From Dehalococcoidia bacterium (GTDB lineage Bacteria; Chloroflexota; Dehalococcoidia; GIF9; UBA5629), in contig JBEKIW010000001.1 in assembly GCA_050011565.1 (NCBI GenBank), positions 677,855 to 741,854 on the forward strand: 64,000 nt of DNA, read 5' to 3'. This document shows, in pieces, positions 19,084 to 29,123 of this stretch (position 1 is the first letter of the stretch; each line of letters begins with the position of its first letter). The translations under genes were made by a program, and so were the position numbers. Under the pieces are notes generated by a model that was given only the letters and a program-made list of their open reading frames with translations, was not told the origin of the DNA and did not search any database.

Positions 19084-20263
19084 AAAGACTATTAGAGACA
19101 TAGAGGTTGACGGGAAGAAAGTTTTGGTGAGAGTGGATTTCAATGTCCCGTTGGACATAAAGACATGTGCCATTAGCGATGATAGTCGCATGCGGGCTGT
19201 TCTGCCTACCCTAAAATACCTTGTTGAGCATAAGGCGAAAGTTATTATATGTTCCCACCTGGGACGCCCGGATGGCAAGGTGGTCGAGGGACTGCGAATG
19301 GCTCCCATAGCCCAGCGACTTTCTCGACTCATAAACCTGCCGGTATCAACTGTCTCGGACTGTATAGGTTCCGATGTGGAAAAAGCAGCAGACAATCTTA
19401 AGCCGGGCGATATTCTGCTTCTGGAGAACTTGCGCTTTCATGCTGAGGAAGAAGCCAATGACCCTTCTTTCGCCCAGGCGTTAGCCAAGCTGGCTGATAT
19501 CTATGTAGATGACGCCTTCGGCACCGCTCATCGCGCTCATGCTTCAACGGTAGGTGTGGCTAAATACCTGCCGGCTGTCGCGGGTTTTCTGATGGAAAAA
19601 GAGTTGCAGGCCCTCGGCAGCCTTCTAACAAGTCCTGAACATCCCTTTGTTGCTTTATTAGGAGGTGCCAAGGTCAGCGATAAAATCGGCTTGATTCAAA
19701 ATATACTGAGCAAAGTCGATGTGCTGCTCATCGGCGGCGGCATGGCAGCCACCTTCTTGAAAGCCCAGGGCTACGAAGTAGGGTTGTCTCTAGTCGAAGC
19801 TGACAAACAGAGTCTGGCTCAGGAATTGATAGAAAACGCCAGAAGAAACGGCGGAGCTTTGCTTCTGCCGGTAGATGTTATTGTAGCCAGTAACATAAGC
19901 CCGGAAGCTAAAGGTGAGGTAGTCCGGGTTAGCGATATACCGGCAAACAAAAATATCGTCGATATTGGCCCCCAAACCGTTGAACTCTTTTCTCAAAAAA
20001 TAAGGCAATGCCGAACGGTCTTTTGGAACGGTCCCATGGGGGTATATGAGATAGAGCAATTTGCCGGAGGAACCAAGGCCATGGCTGAGTTGCTGGCCAG
20101 CTTGAAAGCAACGACTATTGTTGGCGGTGGCTCGACAGCGGAGATCGTTGAAAAGATGAACCTGGCCAATAAAATGACCCATGTCTCCACAGGCGGTGGT
20201 GCCAGCCTGAAATTTCTGGAAGGGAAGACCCTTCCGGGAGTGGCTGTGCTACTGGATAAATGA
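19076..20263 (+). CDS. pgk: Phosphoglycerate kinase
   Basis: RVDFNVP, SHLGRP, ENLRF, DAFGTAHRAHAS, WNGPMG, STGGGASL. Confidence 0.98.
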   Translation: MAKKTIRDIEVDGKKVLVRVDFNVPLDIKTCAISDDSRMRAVLPTLKYLVEHKAKVIICSHLGRPDGKVVEGLRMAPIAQRLSRLINLPVSTVSDCIGSDVEKAADNLKPGDILLLENLRFHAEEEANDPSFAQALAKLADIYVDDAFGTAHRAHASTVGVAKYLPAVAGFLMEKELQALGSLLTSPEHPFVALLGGAKVSDKIGLIQNILSKVDVLLIGGGMAATFLKAQGYEVGLSLVEADKQSLAQELIENARRNGGALLLPVDVIVASNISPEAKGEVVRVSDIPANKNIVDIGPQTVELFSQKIRQCRTVFWNGPMGVYEIEQFAGGTKAMAELLASLKATTIVGGGSTAEIVEKMNLANKMTHVSTGGGASLKFLEGKTLPGVAVLLDK

Positions 20264-21471
20264 AAATGGTCTCATTAGAAGAAATAAAAGAGATTAGCGT
20301 AGTCTCAGCATCTAAAATAGTGATGCTGGTTATCGATGGCCTCGGTGGGCTACCGGATGCTAAGACCGGCCATACCGAATTAGAAACAGCCCACACCCCT
20401 TATCTTGACCAGCTGGCTAAGAAAAGCATATGCGGACTCATCGATCCGGTAAGTCCGGGAATCACACCGGGAAGTGGACCCGGGCATCTGGCATTATTTG
20501 GCTACGACCCATTAAAATTTAGCATTGGGCGGGGAGTTCTTGAAGCACTGGGTATCGATTTTGAACTGACCAAAAATGACGTAGCCGCTAGAGGCAATTT
20601 TTGCACCGTTGATGACGACGGATTAATCACCGACCGCAGAGCCGGCCGCATTGCAACGGAGAAATGCGCTGGACTGTGTAAGCTGCTGGGCCAAATCAAA
20701 TTAGAAGGAGTTGAGCTTTTTGTCTTACCAGTCAAAGAACATCGATTTTCATTTGTCTTACGCGGCAAAGATTTGCGTGCTGAACTCAACGATACCGACC
20801 CACAAAGGTCAGGATTAGCTCCCTATCCAGCTAAGTACCTGAAAATAATAGCCAAGCATACGGCTGACATTGTAAATGAGTTTATTAGCAAGTCTAAAGG
20901 AATCTTAGCAAAAAATCATCCAGCCAATATGATTTTGCTCCGCGGTTTTTCTAAATTACCGGATATCCCATCTATGGGTGAAATATACAAGCTGACACCG
21001 GCAGCTATAGCCGTCTACCCCATGTATAAGGGGCTGGCTAAATTGATAGGTATGAAAGTATTCAGGGCCGACGGTGGCATCCAGGAAGAACTCAAGATTC
21101 TAGCTGATTACTTCGACAAGCACGATTTCTTCTATGTTCACGTCAAACATGCAGACAGTGCCGGTGAAGACGGGGACTTTTCAAGGAAGGTCAAGGTTAT
21201 CGAAGAGGTTGATTCCGCTCTGCCACAATTATTAAATTTGAAACCGGACGTTATCGTCGTTACCGGCGACCATTCGACCCCGGCTGTACTGAAAGGGCAC
21301 AGCTGGCATCCGGTACCTGTTTTATTATATTCTCAGTGGTGCCGGTCCGATGATGTCAAAGAATTCTCGGAATCGGCTTGTCTTTCCGGTGGGTTGGGCA
21401 GGCTCCACGCCACGGACATCATGCCTCTGGCGATGGCTAATGCCTTAAAACTTACCAAATTTGGAGCTTGA
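20260..21471 (+). CDS. apgM: 2,3-BPG-independent phosphoglycerate mutase, ApgM type
   Basis: DGLGG, PGSGPGHLALFGYDP, DRRAGRI, TGDHSTP, HSWHPVP. Confidence 0.93.
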   Translation: MKMVSLEEIKEISVVSASKIVMLVIDGLGGLPDAKTGHTELETAHTPYLDQLAKKSICGLIDPVSPGITPGSGPGHLALFGYDPLKFSIGRGVLEALGIDFELTKNDVAARGNFCTVDDDGLITDRRAGRIATEKCAGLCKLLGQIKLEGVELFVLPVKEHRFSFVLRGKDLRAELNDTDPQRSGLAPYPAKYLKIIAKHTADIVNEFISKSKGILAKNHPANMILLRGFSKLPDIPSMGEIYKLTPAAIAVYPMYKGLAKLIGMKVFRADGGIQEELKILADYFDKHDFFYVHVKHADSAGEDGDFSRKVKVIEEVDSALPQLLNLKPDVIVVTGDHSTPAVLKGHSWHPVPVLLYSQWCRSDDVKEFSESACLSGGLGRLHATDIMPLAMANALKLTKFGA

Positions 21472-22238
21472 CTGTGCGGAAACCATTAATCGCCGGCAAC
21501 TGGAAAATGAATACTGTACTGGAAGAGGCCAAAAGTCTTGTTCGGGCTATACTTAATGAGCTGGATGGCACAGACGGTGTGGAAAAAGTGCTTTGCCCGC
21601 CATTTATCTCACTGGCTGCTGTCAAGGAACTTTTAAAAGGCACTCCTGTGAAGCTCGGTGCTCAGAATATGTATTTTGAGGAAAAAGGCGCCTACACTGG
21701 CGAAATATCACCCATTATGCTCACTGATTTATGCGATTTTGTCATCCTTGGCCATTCGGAGCGCAGACAGTACTTTTTTGAAACAGACGAGATAGTCAAT
21801 AAAAAAGTGAAGAAAGCTTTCGAATCTGGACTGAAACCCATTGTATGTGTCGGAGAAAGCCTGAAAGACAATGAGACCGGCAAGGCCGAACAGGTAATTG
21901 CCGGTCAGGTAAAAGCAGGCCTGGCCGGTATAAGTCCTACGAACCAACTCGTTATCGCCTATGAGCCTATCTGGGCTATCGGCACCGGCAGAGCAGCTAC
22001 AGGCAAACAAGCTAACACTACCATTGGTCTGATTCGCGGTATCGTGGCTGGTCTATGGAATAGAGAAACCGCCGAAGCAGTGCGCATACTATACGGCGGC
22101 AGCGTCACCGGCAACAACATTGCGGAATTCATCGCCGAACCTGATATCGATGGTGCCCTGGTCGGCGGCGCCAGCCTTAAATCTAATGAGTTCGTGAGCA
22201 TCGTCAAACAGACAGCCAACCTCAAATCAACAAGATGA
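21468..22238 (+). CDS. tpiA: Triosephosphate isomerase
   Basis: AGNWKM, GHSERR, AYEPIWAIGTG, YGGSV, GALVGGASL. Confidence 0.98.
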   Translation: MTVRKPLIAGNWKMNTVLEEAKSLVRAILNELDGTDGVEKVLCPPFISLAAVKELLKGTPVKLGAQNMYFEEKGAYTGEISPIMLTDLCDFVILGHSERRQYFFETDEIVNKKVKKAFESGLKPIVCVGESLKDNETGKAEQVIAGQVKAGLAGISPTNQLVIAYEPIWAIGTGRAATGKQANTTIGLIRGIVAGLWNRETAEAVRILYGGSVTGNNIAEFIAEPDIDGALVGGASLKSNEFVSIVKQTANLKSTR

Positions 22239-23170
22239 AATGCCTGGTTGCTGTTATTGGCCCGACGGCAGCAGGTAAGAGCCAACTCGCTTTACACCTG
22301 GCCCAAAAATTCCAGGGCGAGATAGTAAATGCGGATAGCCGGCAAGTTTACCGATATATGGACATCGGCACAGCCAAGTCCAGCCGTGCTGAGCTATCAC
22401 TGATTCGACATCACCTTGTTGACCTGATTGACCCTGACGAATCCTTCAACCTAGCCATATATCAGAAACTGGCTTTTGAGGCCATTGAAGATATTCAACG
22501 GCGAAATAAGCTTCCTCTTCTGGTTGGCGGCAGCGGCCTGTATGTTTGGTCTGTAGTGGAAGGCTGGAAGATACCGCCGGTGCCTCCGAATGCTGAATTC
22601 AGACACGGGCTTGAGAAAAGAGCTCAAGAAAAGGGTGGCTACGCCTTGTTTCAAGAACTGCAGAAAGTGGACCCGGTGGCTGCTACCAGGATTATGCCAG
22701 GCAACCTGCGGCGCATCATAAGGGCGTTGGAGATATGCCAGAAAACCGGACGGCCTGTTTCCGAGCTATGGCAAAAACAACCACCGCCGTACCCCATTTT
22801 AATTATCGGCTTAACCATGCAGCGGGACAACCTATATCGTAGAGTTGACTCGAGGGTAGACGAGATGATAAAACAGGGGCTGGTAGACGAAGTAAAAGAT
22901 TTGATAGCTAAGGGCTACAGCCTGGATTTGCCTTCCATGTCCGGTATAGGCTATAAACAGATAGCTATGTTCATTCAAGAAGAGATGGATTTGAACACAG
23001 CTATCGAGCAGATTAAAAAGGAGACACATCGTTTTGCCCGCCATCAATATGCCTGGTTCCGGCCAGGCGACGCCAGAATTCACTGGCTCAATGAATATGA
23101 TGACACACCAAGAGAGGCAGCCAATCTGGTGTCATCATTTCTGGCTGGTGTTCAACAGGAAGAAGACTAA
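22235..23170 (+). CDS. miaA: tRNA dimethylallyltransferase
   Basis: GPTAAGKS, DSRQVYRYMDIGTAK, VGGSGLY, IGYKQ. Confidence 0.97.
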   Translation: MKCLVAVIGPTAAGKSQLALHLAQKFQGEIVNADSRQVYRYMDIGTAKSSRAELSLIRHHLVDLIDPDESFNLAIYQKLAFEAIEDIQRRNKLPLLVGGSGLYVWSVVEGWKIPPVPPNAEFRHGLEKRAQEKGGYALFQELQKVDPVAATRIMPGNLRRIIRALEICQKTGRPVSELWQKQPPPYPILIIGLTMQRDNLYRRVDSRVDEMIKQGLVDEVKDLIAKGYSLDLPSMSGIGYKQIAMFIQEEMDLNTAIEQIKKETHRFARHQYAWFRPGDARIHWLNEYDDTPREAANLVSSFLAGVQQEED

Positions 23171-23172
23171 TC

Positions 23173-24033
23173 ATGAATTTCACTAAATTGCAGGGTACCG
23201 GAAACGATTTCATATTCATAGATGCCCGCAACATGGAACGCGATTGGTCCAAGTTAGCTCGGGAGCTGTGCCATCGCTATTTTGGCGCAGGTGCTGATGG
23301 CCTTATTCTGGTAGCAAATTCAAATACTGCCGGCTTGAAAATGCGGCTTTTTAATTCCGATGGTTCGGAGGCTGAGGTCAGCGGCAACGGTTTGAGATGC
23401 TTTGCCAAGTACGTAATCGATAGGCAAATGGTTGCCGGGCCGAATCTGACTGTGGAAACAATGTCGGGCATCCGAACTATCGAAGCCACCGCATCTGGAG
23501 GTAAAGTGACTCATGGCAGGGTGAACATGGGCATGCCTCGCTTCAAAGCGGAAGAAATACCAGTTTCACTAGACAAGCCACAAAAGGGCAGGGGAGAAGT
23601 TGACATAATACCAATTCTAGATTATCCTTTAACTATAGGACGAAGAGGTCTGAACCTTTCATTTGTGTCGATGGGCAATCCGCATGCCGTAGTTTTTCTA
23701 TCCCAGCATGTTGCTGATTTTCCTCTTTGCGCAATAGGTCCAAAAGTAGAAAACCATCATATATTCCCGGAACGGGTGAATTTCGAGATAGCCAGGGTGT
23801 TAAAGCGAAACAAGATAGAGGCCAGGGTATGGGAGCGAGGAGTCGGTGAAACACTATCTTGCGGCAGCGGCGCCTGCGCCACAGCTGTAATCGCCAGAAT
23901 CAAAGGTTACATAGATGATGAAGTAGACATAATGTTAGAAGGAGGCGATTTGACCGTATACTGGAATGGTGAGGGGGAGGTATATTTGAGTGGGCCTGTT
24001 GAAGAAGTTTTTAATGGAGAGTGGCCAAGATGA
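23173..24033 (+). CDS. dapF: Diaminopimelate epimerase
   Basis: GTGNDF, GADG, NSDGS.AE.SGNG.RC, MGNPH, ERGVGETLSCGSG. Confidence 0.95.
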   Translation: MNFTKLQGTGNDFIFIDARNMERDWSKLARELCHRYFGAGADGLILVANSNTAGLKMRLFNSDGSEAEVSGNGLRCFAKYVIDRQMVAGPNLTVETMSGIRTIEATASGGKVTHGRVNMGMPRFKAEEIPVSLDKPQKGRGEVDIIPILDYPLTIGRRGLNLSFVSMGNPHAVVFLSQHVADFPLCAIGPKVENHHIFPERVNFEIARVLKRNKIEARVWERGVGETLSCGSGACATAVIARIKGYIDDEVDIMLEGGDLTVYWNGEGEVYLSGPVEEVFNGEWPR

Positions 24034-25196
24034 GACTTTCTCAGCGACTTGATAAGCTGCCACCATATCTGTTCGTAGAAATCAATAGAAAGATCGCCGA
24101 GAAGAAAGCCAGGGGAGAGGATATAATCAGCTTTGCTATTGGCGACCCAGATATGGCAACACCACAGCATATCATCGACGAGCTATGTAAGGCAGCCCAT
24201 GACCCGGCCAATCATCGCTATCCTGAGACTGCGGGACTGCCTGAACTTTGCATCGCTATCGCACGGTGGTATCATGACCGCTTTGGAGTCACACTTGACC
24301 CGAATAAAGAAGTATTGCCCCTCATCGGCTCTAAAGAAGGCGTCGGCCATATATCATTCTGCCTCATCGACCCCGGCGATATAGCTCTGGTACCAAACCC
24401 GGGATACCCCGTCTATTCCATGAGCACTTTACTTGCCGGTGGTAAGCCTTACTTCCTGCCTCTGACTGAGAAGAATGACTTTCTGCCTGACCTGGAAAGC
24501 ATTCCTAAGAGAATAGCCGAGAAGGCTAAGCTATTATGGCTAAATTATCCCAATAATCCCACCGGAGCAGTGGCTGATATCGCTTTTTTCCAGAAGGCGG
24601 TGCATTTTGCGAAGAAAAATAACCTGGCCATATGCCACGACGCGCCTTATACTGAAGTCGCCTTCGATGGCTACCGGCCGCCAAGCCTTATGCAAATACC
24701 GGAGGCCAGAGACGTTAGCATCGAATTCCATTCTTTGTCCAAGACTTACAATATGACTGGCTGGAGAATTGGCATGGCTGTAGGCAACAGCAAGATGATA
24801 GACGCTCTGTTCAGGTTCAAGTCCAACCTCGATTCGGGCATACCACAGGCCATACAGCAAGCGGCCATCAAAGCCTTAACCGGTGCCCAGGATTTTATTG
24901 CTGAACACAATGCTATCTATCAGCGACGTCGAGACAGACTGGTTAAAGCCCTCAATGATGTAGGCTTAAGGGCCAGGCTACCTAAAGCCAGCTTCTACAT
25001 CTGGGCCAGGATACCCGATGGCTATACATCAGTAGAGTTCACGACCGAATTACTGGATAAAGCCAATGTGGCAGTCACTCCCGGAACCGGCTACGGGAGC
25101 GCCGGTGAAGGCTACGTACGTTTATCATTGACCTTGCCAGACGACCGCCTTGATGAAGGTATAAGCCGATTAATGAAATGGCACGAGGCCAAGTAA
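24021..25196 (+). CDS. dapL: LL-diaminopimelate aminotransferase
   Basis: LPPYLF, LIGSKEG, NYPNNPTG, SLSKTYNMTGWRIG; adjacent to dapF. Confidence 0.88.
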   Translation: MAKMRLSQRLDKLPPYLFVEINRKIAEKKARGEDIISFAIGDPDMATPQHIIDELCKAAHDPANHRYPETAGLPELCIAIARWYHDRFGVTLDPNKEVLPLIGSKEGVGHISFCLIDPGDIALVPNPGYPVYSMSTLLAGGKPYFLPLTEKNDFLPDLESIPKRIAEKAKLLWLNYPNNPTGAVADIAFFQKAVHFAKKNNLAICHDAPYTEVAFDGYRPPSLMQIPEARDVSIEFHSLSKTYNMTGWRIGMAVGNSKMIDALFRFKSNLDSGIPQAIQQAAIKALTGAQDFIAEHNAIYQRRRDRLVKALNDVGLRARLPKASFYIWARIPDGYTSVEFTTELLDKANVAVTPGTGYGSAGEGYVRLSLTLPDDRLDEGISRLMKWHEAK

Positions 25197-25223
25197 AATC
25201 AGGATGCCATAATGTTATAAACA

Positions 25224-26372
25224 ATGCGACAAAACATGCTCAAGACTCGAATTGAAACAGAGAAAGCTTTTTTGGTTGGTGTTGATAGTAAAGCTTCTGC
25301 TGATGGATGGTCGATAGGCAGTTCTCTTGAGGAATTATCCTATTTGGCCAAAACTGCCGGCGCTGAAGTGGTTGGCAGGTTAGTCCAGAAACTGGAAAGA
25401 CCGTCTCCGACTTATTATCTGGGCAAGGGAAAGCTAGACGAGCTTATTAAGGCCAGAGAGCATTGTTCTTACAGCGTGGTTATCTTTAACGACGAACTAA
25501 AGCCCAGACAGCAAAGAAATCTCGAAGAAACCCTGGAAGTCAAGGTTATTGACCGTACAGCACTGATTCTGGATATTTTTGCCCGGCGAGCCCAAACCCG
25601 TGAAGGTCAGCTACAGGTAGAATTAGCTCAACACCAGTATCTTCTGCCGCGCCTGGCCGGGCAGTGGAGCCATCTGGAACGTCTGGGCGGCGGCATCGGG
25701 ACTAGGGGGCCCGGTGAGTCACAGTTGGAGACGGACCGTCGCTTGATACGCAAGCGAATCCAACGTCTACAGAGTCAAATCGAGGCGGTGAGACGTCATC
25801 GGGCGCTCTATCGACAAAAACGCAGGCAGAATCGTATTCCTGTAATCGCCCTAGTCGGCTATACTAACGCCGGCAAAAGCACCTTGCTCAATGCCTTGAG
25901 CCGGGCCGATGTCCTGGTTGAAGACAGGCTTTTTTCCACTCTGGACCCGGTGACGCGTCGACTGGCTTTGCCCGATGGTAAACAGGTTCTGCTAACCGAT
26001 ACTGTTGGTTTTATTCATAGGCTGCCACCATTAATAGTTGCTGCCTTCAGAGCCACGCTTGAGGAATTAACCGAAGCCGACTTGTTAATACATGTAGTTG
26101 ACATAACGCATAGTGATGCTGCTGAGCAGTTTCAAACGGTACTGGACATCCTGGCCGAGCTCGGCCTAGCCGACAAGCCGCAGCTAACAGTCCTGAACAA
26201 GATGGACAAAGTTTCAGGGAACCAGGAGGAAATGAACGGACTAGCTCTGGCCACGGTTGTAAAACCACCAGACGACAATACTTTAGCTATCTCAGCGTTA
26301 AAAGGCTGGGGACTGGACAAGCTTTTGGATAGGATTGCTATACAATTTAATACGAAATCCAACTCAATATGA
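25224..26372 (+). CDS. hflX: GTPase HflX
   Basis: GTRGPGESQLETDRR, GYTNAGKST, LFSTLDP, DTVGF, NKMD. Confidence 0.97.
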   Translation: MRQNMLKTRIETEKAFLVGVDSKASADGWSIGSSLEELSYLAKTAGAEVVGRLVQKLERPSPTYYLGKGKLDELIKAREHCSYSVVIFNDELKPRQQRNLEETLEVKVIDRTALILDIFARRAQTREGQLQVELAQHQYLLPRLAGQWSHLERLGGGIGTRGPGESQLETDRRLIRKRIQRLQSQIEAVRRHRALYRQKRRQNRIPVIALVGYTNAGKSTLLNALSRADVLVEDRLFSTLDPVTRRLALPDGKQVLLTDTVGFIHRLPPLIVAAFRATLEELTEADLLIHVVDITHSDAAEQFQTVLDILAELGLADKPQLTVLNKMDKVSGNQEEMNGLALATVVKPPDDNTLAISALKGWGLDKLLDRIAIQFNTKSNSI

Positions 26373-26620
26373 GCTAGAGTGACGTCGGCATATGCGCGGC
26401 GGGGACTCAATGTCCAAATAAAGTACTGAGGCAAGAAGCTGTGCACGGGTATCTCGCTTTTGTCGTGGTGGCGACAAATGCGCGCCGGCCTGTCCCGCAG
26501 AAGCAATATAGATCAAAAGCGCTTGACAAGGGAATGAAGAACTGTTAACCTGAATCAGGTTCTTAAAATGACACTTTTGCGAACCGTAGATATGCTCAAA
26601 ACACTCCAAAGGAGCCAGCC

Positions 26621-27559
26621 ATGAGCTTAGAACCGCTCATCGATGATTTCCTAGAATATATGGAGGTCGAGAAAGGCCGGTCACCTCTCACTGTTCGTGA
26701 ATACAGGCATTATCTAAACCGTTTCCTCAACTGGCTCAAGGCAAACTCCAAAGCAACAGGACCTGATGACATAAAATCAGAGCTTATTAGAAGATACCGG
26801 TTGTACCTGGCTCATCTATGCAATCCGGATGGAACATTATTAAAACGTGTAACTCAGACTTACCATATTATCGCCTTGAGGGCTTTTCTTCGATATCTAC
26901 TGGTTCAGCGGGATATTGCTACCCTATCCCCAGACAAAATCGAACTGCCGAAGCAAAGTCAACGTTCAGTGGCTTTTCTGTCCCCAGAGCAAGTAGAAAG
27001 GCTGCTTAATAGCCCCAAAATAGCTGACGAGGCCGGTCTTAGAGACAAGGCTATTTTGGAAACTCTGTTCAGTACCGGGCTTAGAGTTTCGGAATTGGTG
27101 CGACTGAATCGCGACCAGATAAACCTGGACCGCAAAGAATTCGGTGTCAGAGGCAAAGGAGATAAGCTAAGGGTTGTCTTTCTGTCAGATACGGCTGCAA
27201 ACTGGCTCGAGCGCTACCTGCAAACACGCAAAGACAGCTTTAAGCCGCTGTTTAGACGCTATAGCGGTAGAGTTGATACTACAAAGGATGGCGAAAAGAT
27301 GCGATTAACTGCTAGGTCGGTACAGGAAATCGTTAACAAGTATGCCAAAAGATGCGGTTTACCCATCGAAGTCACTCCACACACCTTGAGGCACTCTTTT
27401 GCTACGGACCTGCTAATCGGCGGCGCTGACCTTCGCTCTGTGCAAGAAATGCTTGGCCACGAAAGCATTCGAACAACACAGGTCTACACCCACATCACCG
27501 ACAGACATCTGAAAGAGGTTCACAAAGCTTTTCATAGCAGAAACAAACGCCGAGAATAA
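26621..27559 (+). CDS. XerD/XerC-like tyrosine recombinase (intact)
   Basis: RD.AILETLFSTGLRVSEL, GKGDK.R, TPHTLRHSFAT, LGHESIRTTQVYTH; sigma70-like TTGACA-17-TAACCT at 26523-26551. Confidence 0.93.
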   Translation: MSLEPLIDDFLEYMEVEKGRSPLTVREYRHYLNRFLNWLKANSKATGPDDIKSELIRRYRLYLAHLCNPDGTLLKRVTQTYHIIALRAFLRYLLVQRDIATLSPDKIELPKQSQRSVAFLSPEQVERLLNSPKIADEAGLRDKAILETLFSTGLRVSELVRLNRDQINLDRKEFGVRGKGDKLRVVFLSDTAANWLERYLQTRKDSFKPLFRRYSGRVDTTKDGEKMRLTARSVQEIVNKYAKRCGLPIEVTPHTLRHSFATDLLIGGADLRSVQEMLGHESIRTTQVYTHITDRHLKEVHKAFHSRNKRRE

Positions 27560-27567
27560 GGAGGAAT

Positions 27568-28125
27568 ATGGTAGCTAAAACCTCGGCACAGGGAGGGCTG
27601 CCTTGGCATGTTGTTGAAGAGGCCATTAAACGTGAGAGTGAATGGCTGCGAAGTGTGGTCGTTCAGAGCGCTACTGAAAAAATGCCTGGTTGTGATGAAT
27701 GTCAATATACGTTTAGGAAAATCGCTCTTCTAATTATTACAGGTGAAGTACAAGCCAAGGAATTCACCGCTGAGGATGGACATGACTTGTGGGATGGTTT
27801 GACACAAAGGCATAGCATTGCAAAATCAGCATGGCATGGTGGCGATTGGCATAAAAAAATGATGGATGTGATTACTAAGTACTTTGAACGCGAGGGATTT
27901 GAAGTAATTCCAGAACCTTATCTTAGCAAAGGCCGAGCTGATCTTGGTATTTATAAGGATGGCTATATGGATCTGTTTATCGAAATCGGAACTACTTCTG
28001 TGTACAAGCTATGGTGGAATCTACAGATGTTGACAGATTGTAAAATTCTGCTGGTGACAGATGAGAGTCGGGCTATAGAATTTACCTGTCACGATGCGTA
28101 TGGTGACAAGATTCGCAGACTATAA
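27568..28125 (+). CDS. Hypothetical protein, possible PD-(D/E)xK nuclease fold
   Basis: C-terminal EVIPEP...GRADLG.....LFIEIG pattern; RBS GGAGGA. Confidence 0.55.
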   Translation: MVAKTSAQGGLPWHVVEEAIKRESEWLRSVVVQSATEKMPGCDECQYTFRKIALLIITGEVQAKEFTAEDGHDLWDGLTQRHSIAKSAWHGGDWHKKMMDVITKYFEREGFEVIPEPYLSKGRADLGIYKDGYMDLFIEIGTTSVYKLWWNLQMLTDCKILLVTDESRAIEFTCHDAYGDKIRRL

Positions 28126-28145
28126 AGAATAGGGCTTAATAAAGA

Positions 28146-29081
28146 ATGCTGCCTCATCTTGATGATTTTCTGTTGAACTTACAGGTGAACAAATACTCTC
28201 AGGAAACTGTATATAATTATGAGCGAGATTTAAAAGTTTTCGATACCTTCTTGACTGAAAGCAATATTGATTTCGAAAAACTCGATAAGAAGGCTATTAC
28301 CTACTATAAAAGCTATCTGGTTTCACGGGACCGCAAGACGGCAATCTTGGCTCAGCATGGTGATAAGGAGCTTGATTCGCGCTCTGTCAACCGGATGCTG
28401 TCAGCTATTCGCTCTTATCTGCACTACCTTATAGATATGGATTATCCTTGTCCACTGCCACCAGAGGCAATTAAGTTAACTAAGGCTGGCCGAAAGCACC
28501 CGCAAGTGGCTGAATTTGATGATTTAGTCAGACTGATCGAATCGCCAACTTCACTGGAATCAGACACTAAAGTAGCTTTAAGAAACCGGGCTATGTTGGA
28601 GGTATTATTTGCCACTGGTATGCGGATTTCCGAGCTATGCAACCTCAATCGTAACCAAGTCGATAACAATGGGCGTATATTTATAACTGGCAAAGGTAAG
28701 AAGCAGCTTTTTATCTATCTGACCCCAAGAGCCAAGCAGCACCTTGATAACTATCTTACCGTGCGAGATGATGTCGCTGCAGCCTTATTCGTCCCTTATG
28801 CCGGAAGAAATGTAGTCAAACCAAAGAGACGGATCTCCACGAACTATCTTCAGGAGCGAATCAAGAACTACCGAGAGAAGCTTAAAATAAACGTGCCTAC
28901 TTCAGCGCATTCGCTAAGGCACGGTTTCGCTATATATCTCGCTGAGGCAGGTGCTAATCCAGCGGCAATTCAGATTCTCCTTGGCCACGAATCTCTGGAT
29001 ACAACTACCCGCACGTTCATGCATCCGATAAATACGCTGAGGAGACACATAAAAAATTTCATCCTTTGGCATAGAGCGTAG
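28146..29081 (+). pseudogene. Second Xer-like tyrosine recombinase with a frameshift at the catalytic Tyr
   Basis: RNRAMLEVLFATGMRISEL, HSLRH, LGHESLDTTTR. Inserting one T after 29012 restores ...TTTRYVHASDKYAEETHKKFHPLA* (stop 29072-29074). Confidence 0.85.
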
Positions 29082-29123
29082 ATTTTATGGTAATGTTGCT
29101 TCAAATGCGCGATTAATATGTAA

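Noticed and set aside
26373-26520. Possible structured ncRNA (6S-like) between hflX and xer1, with TTGTCG/CGACAA and GGGAC/GTCCC pairings
   Set aside because: Could not build a convincing full fold or match a family by eye; needs an Infernal/Rfam search.
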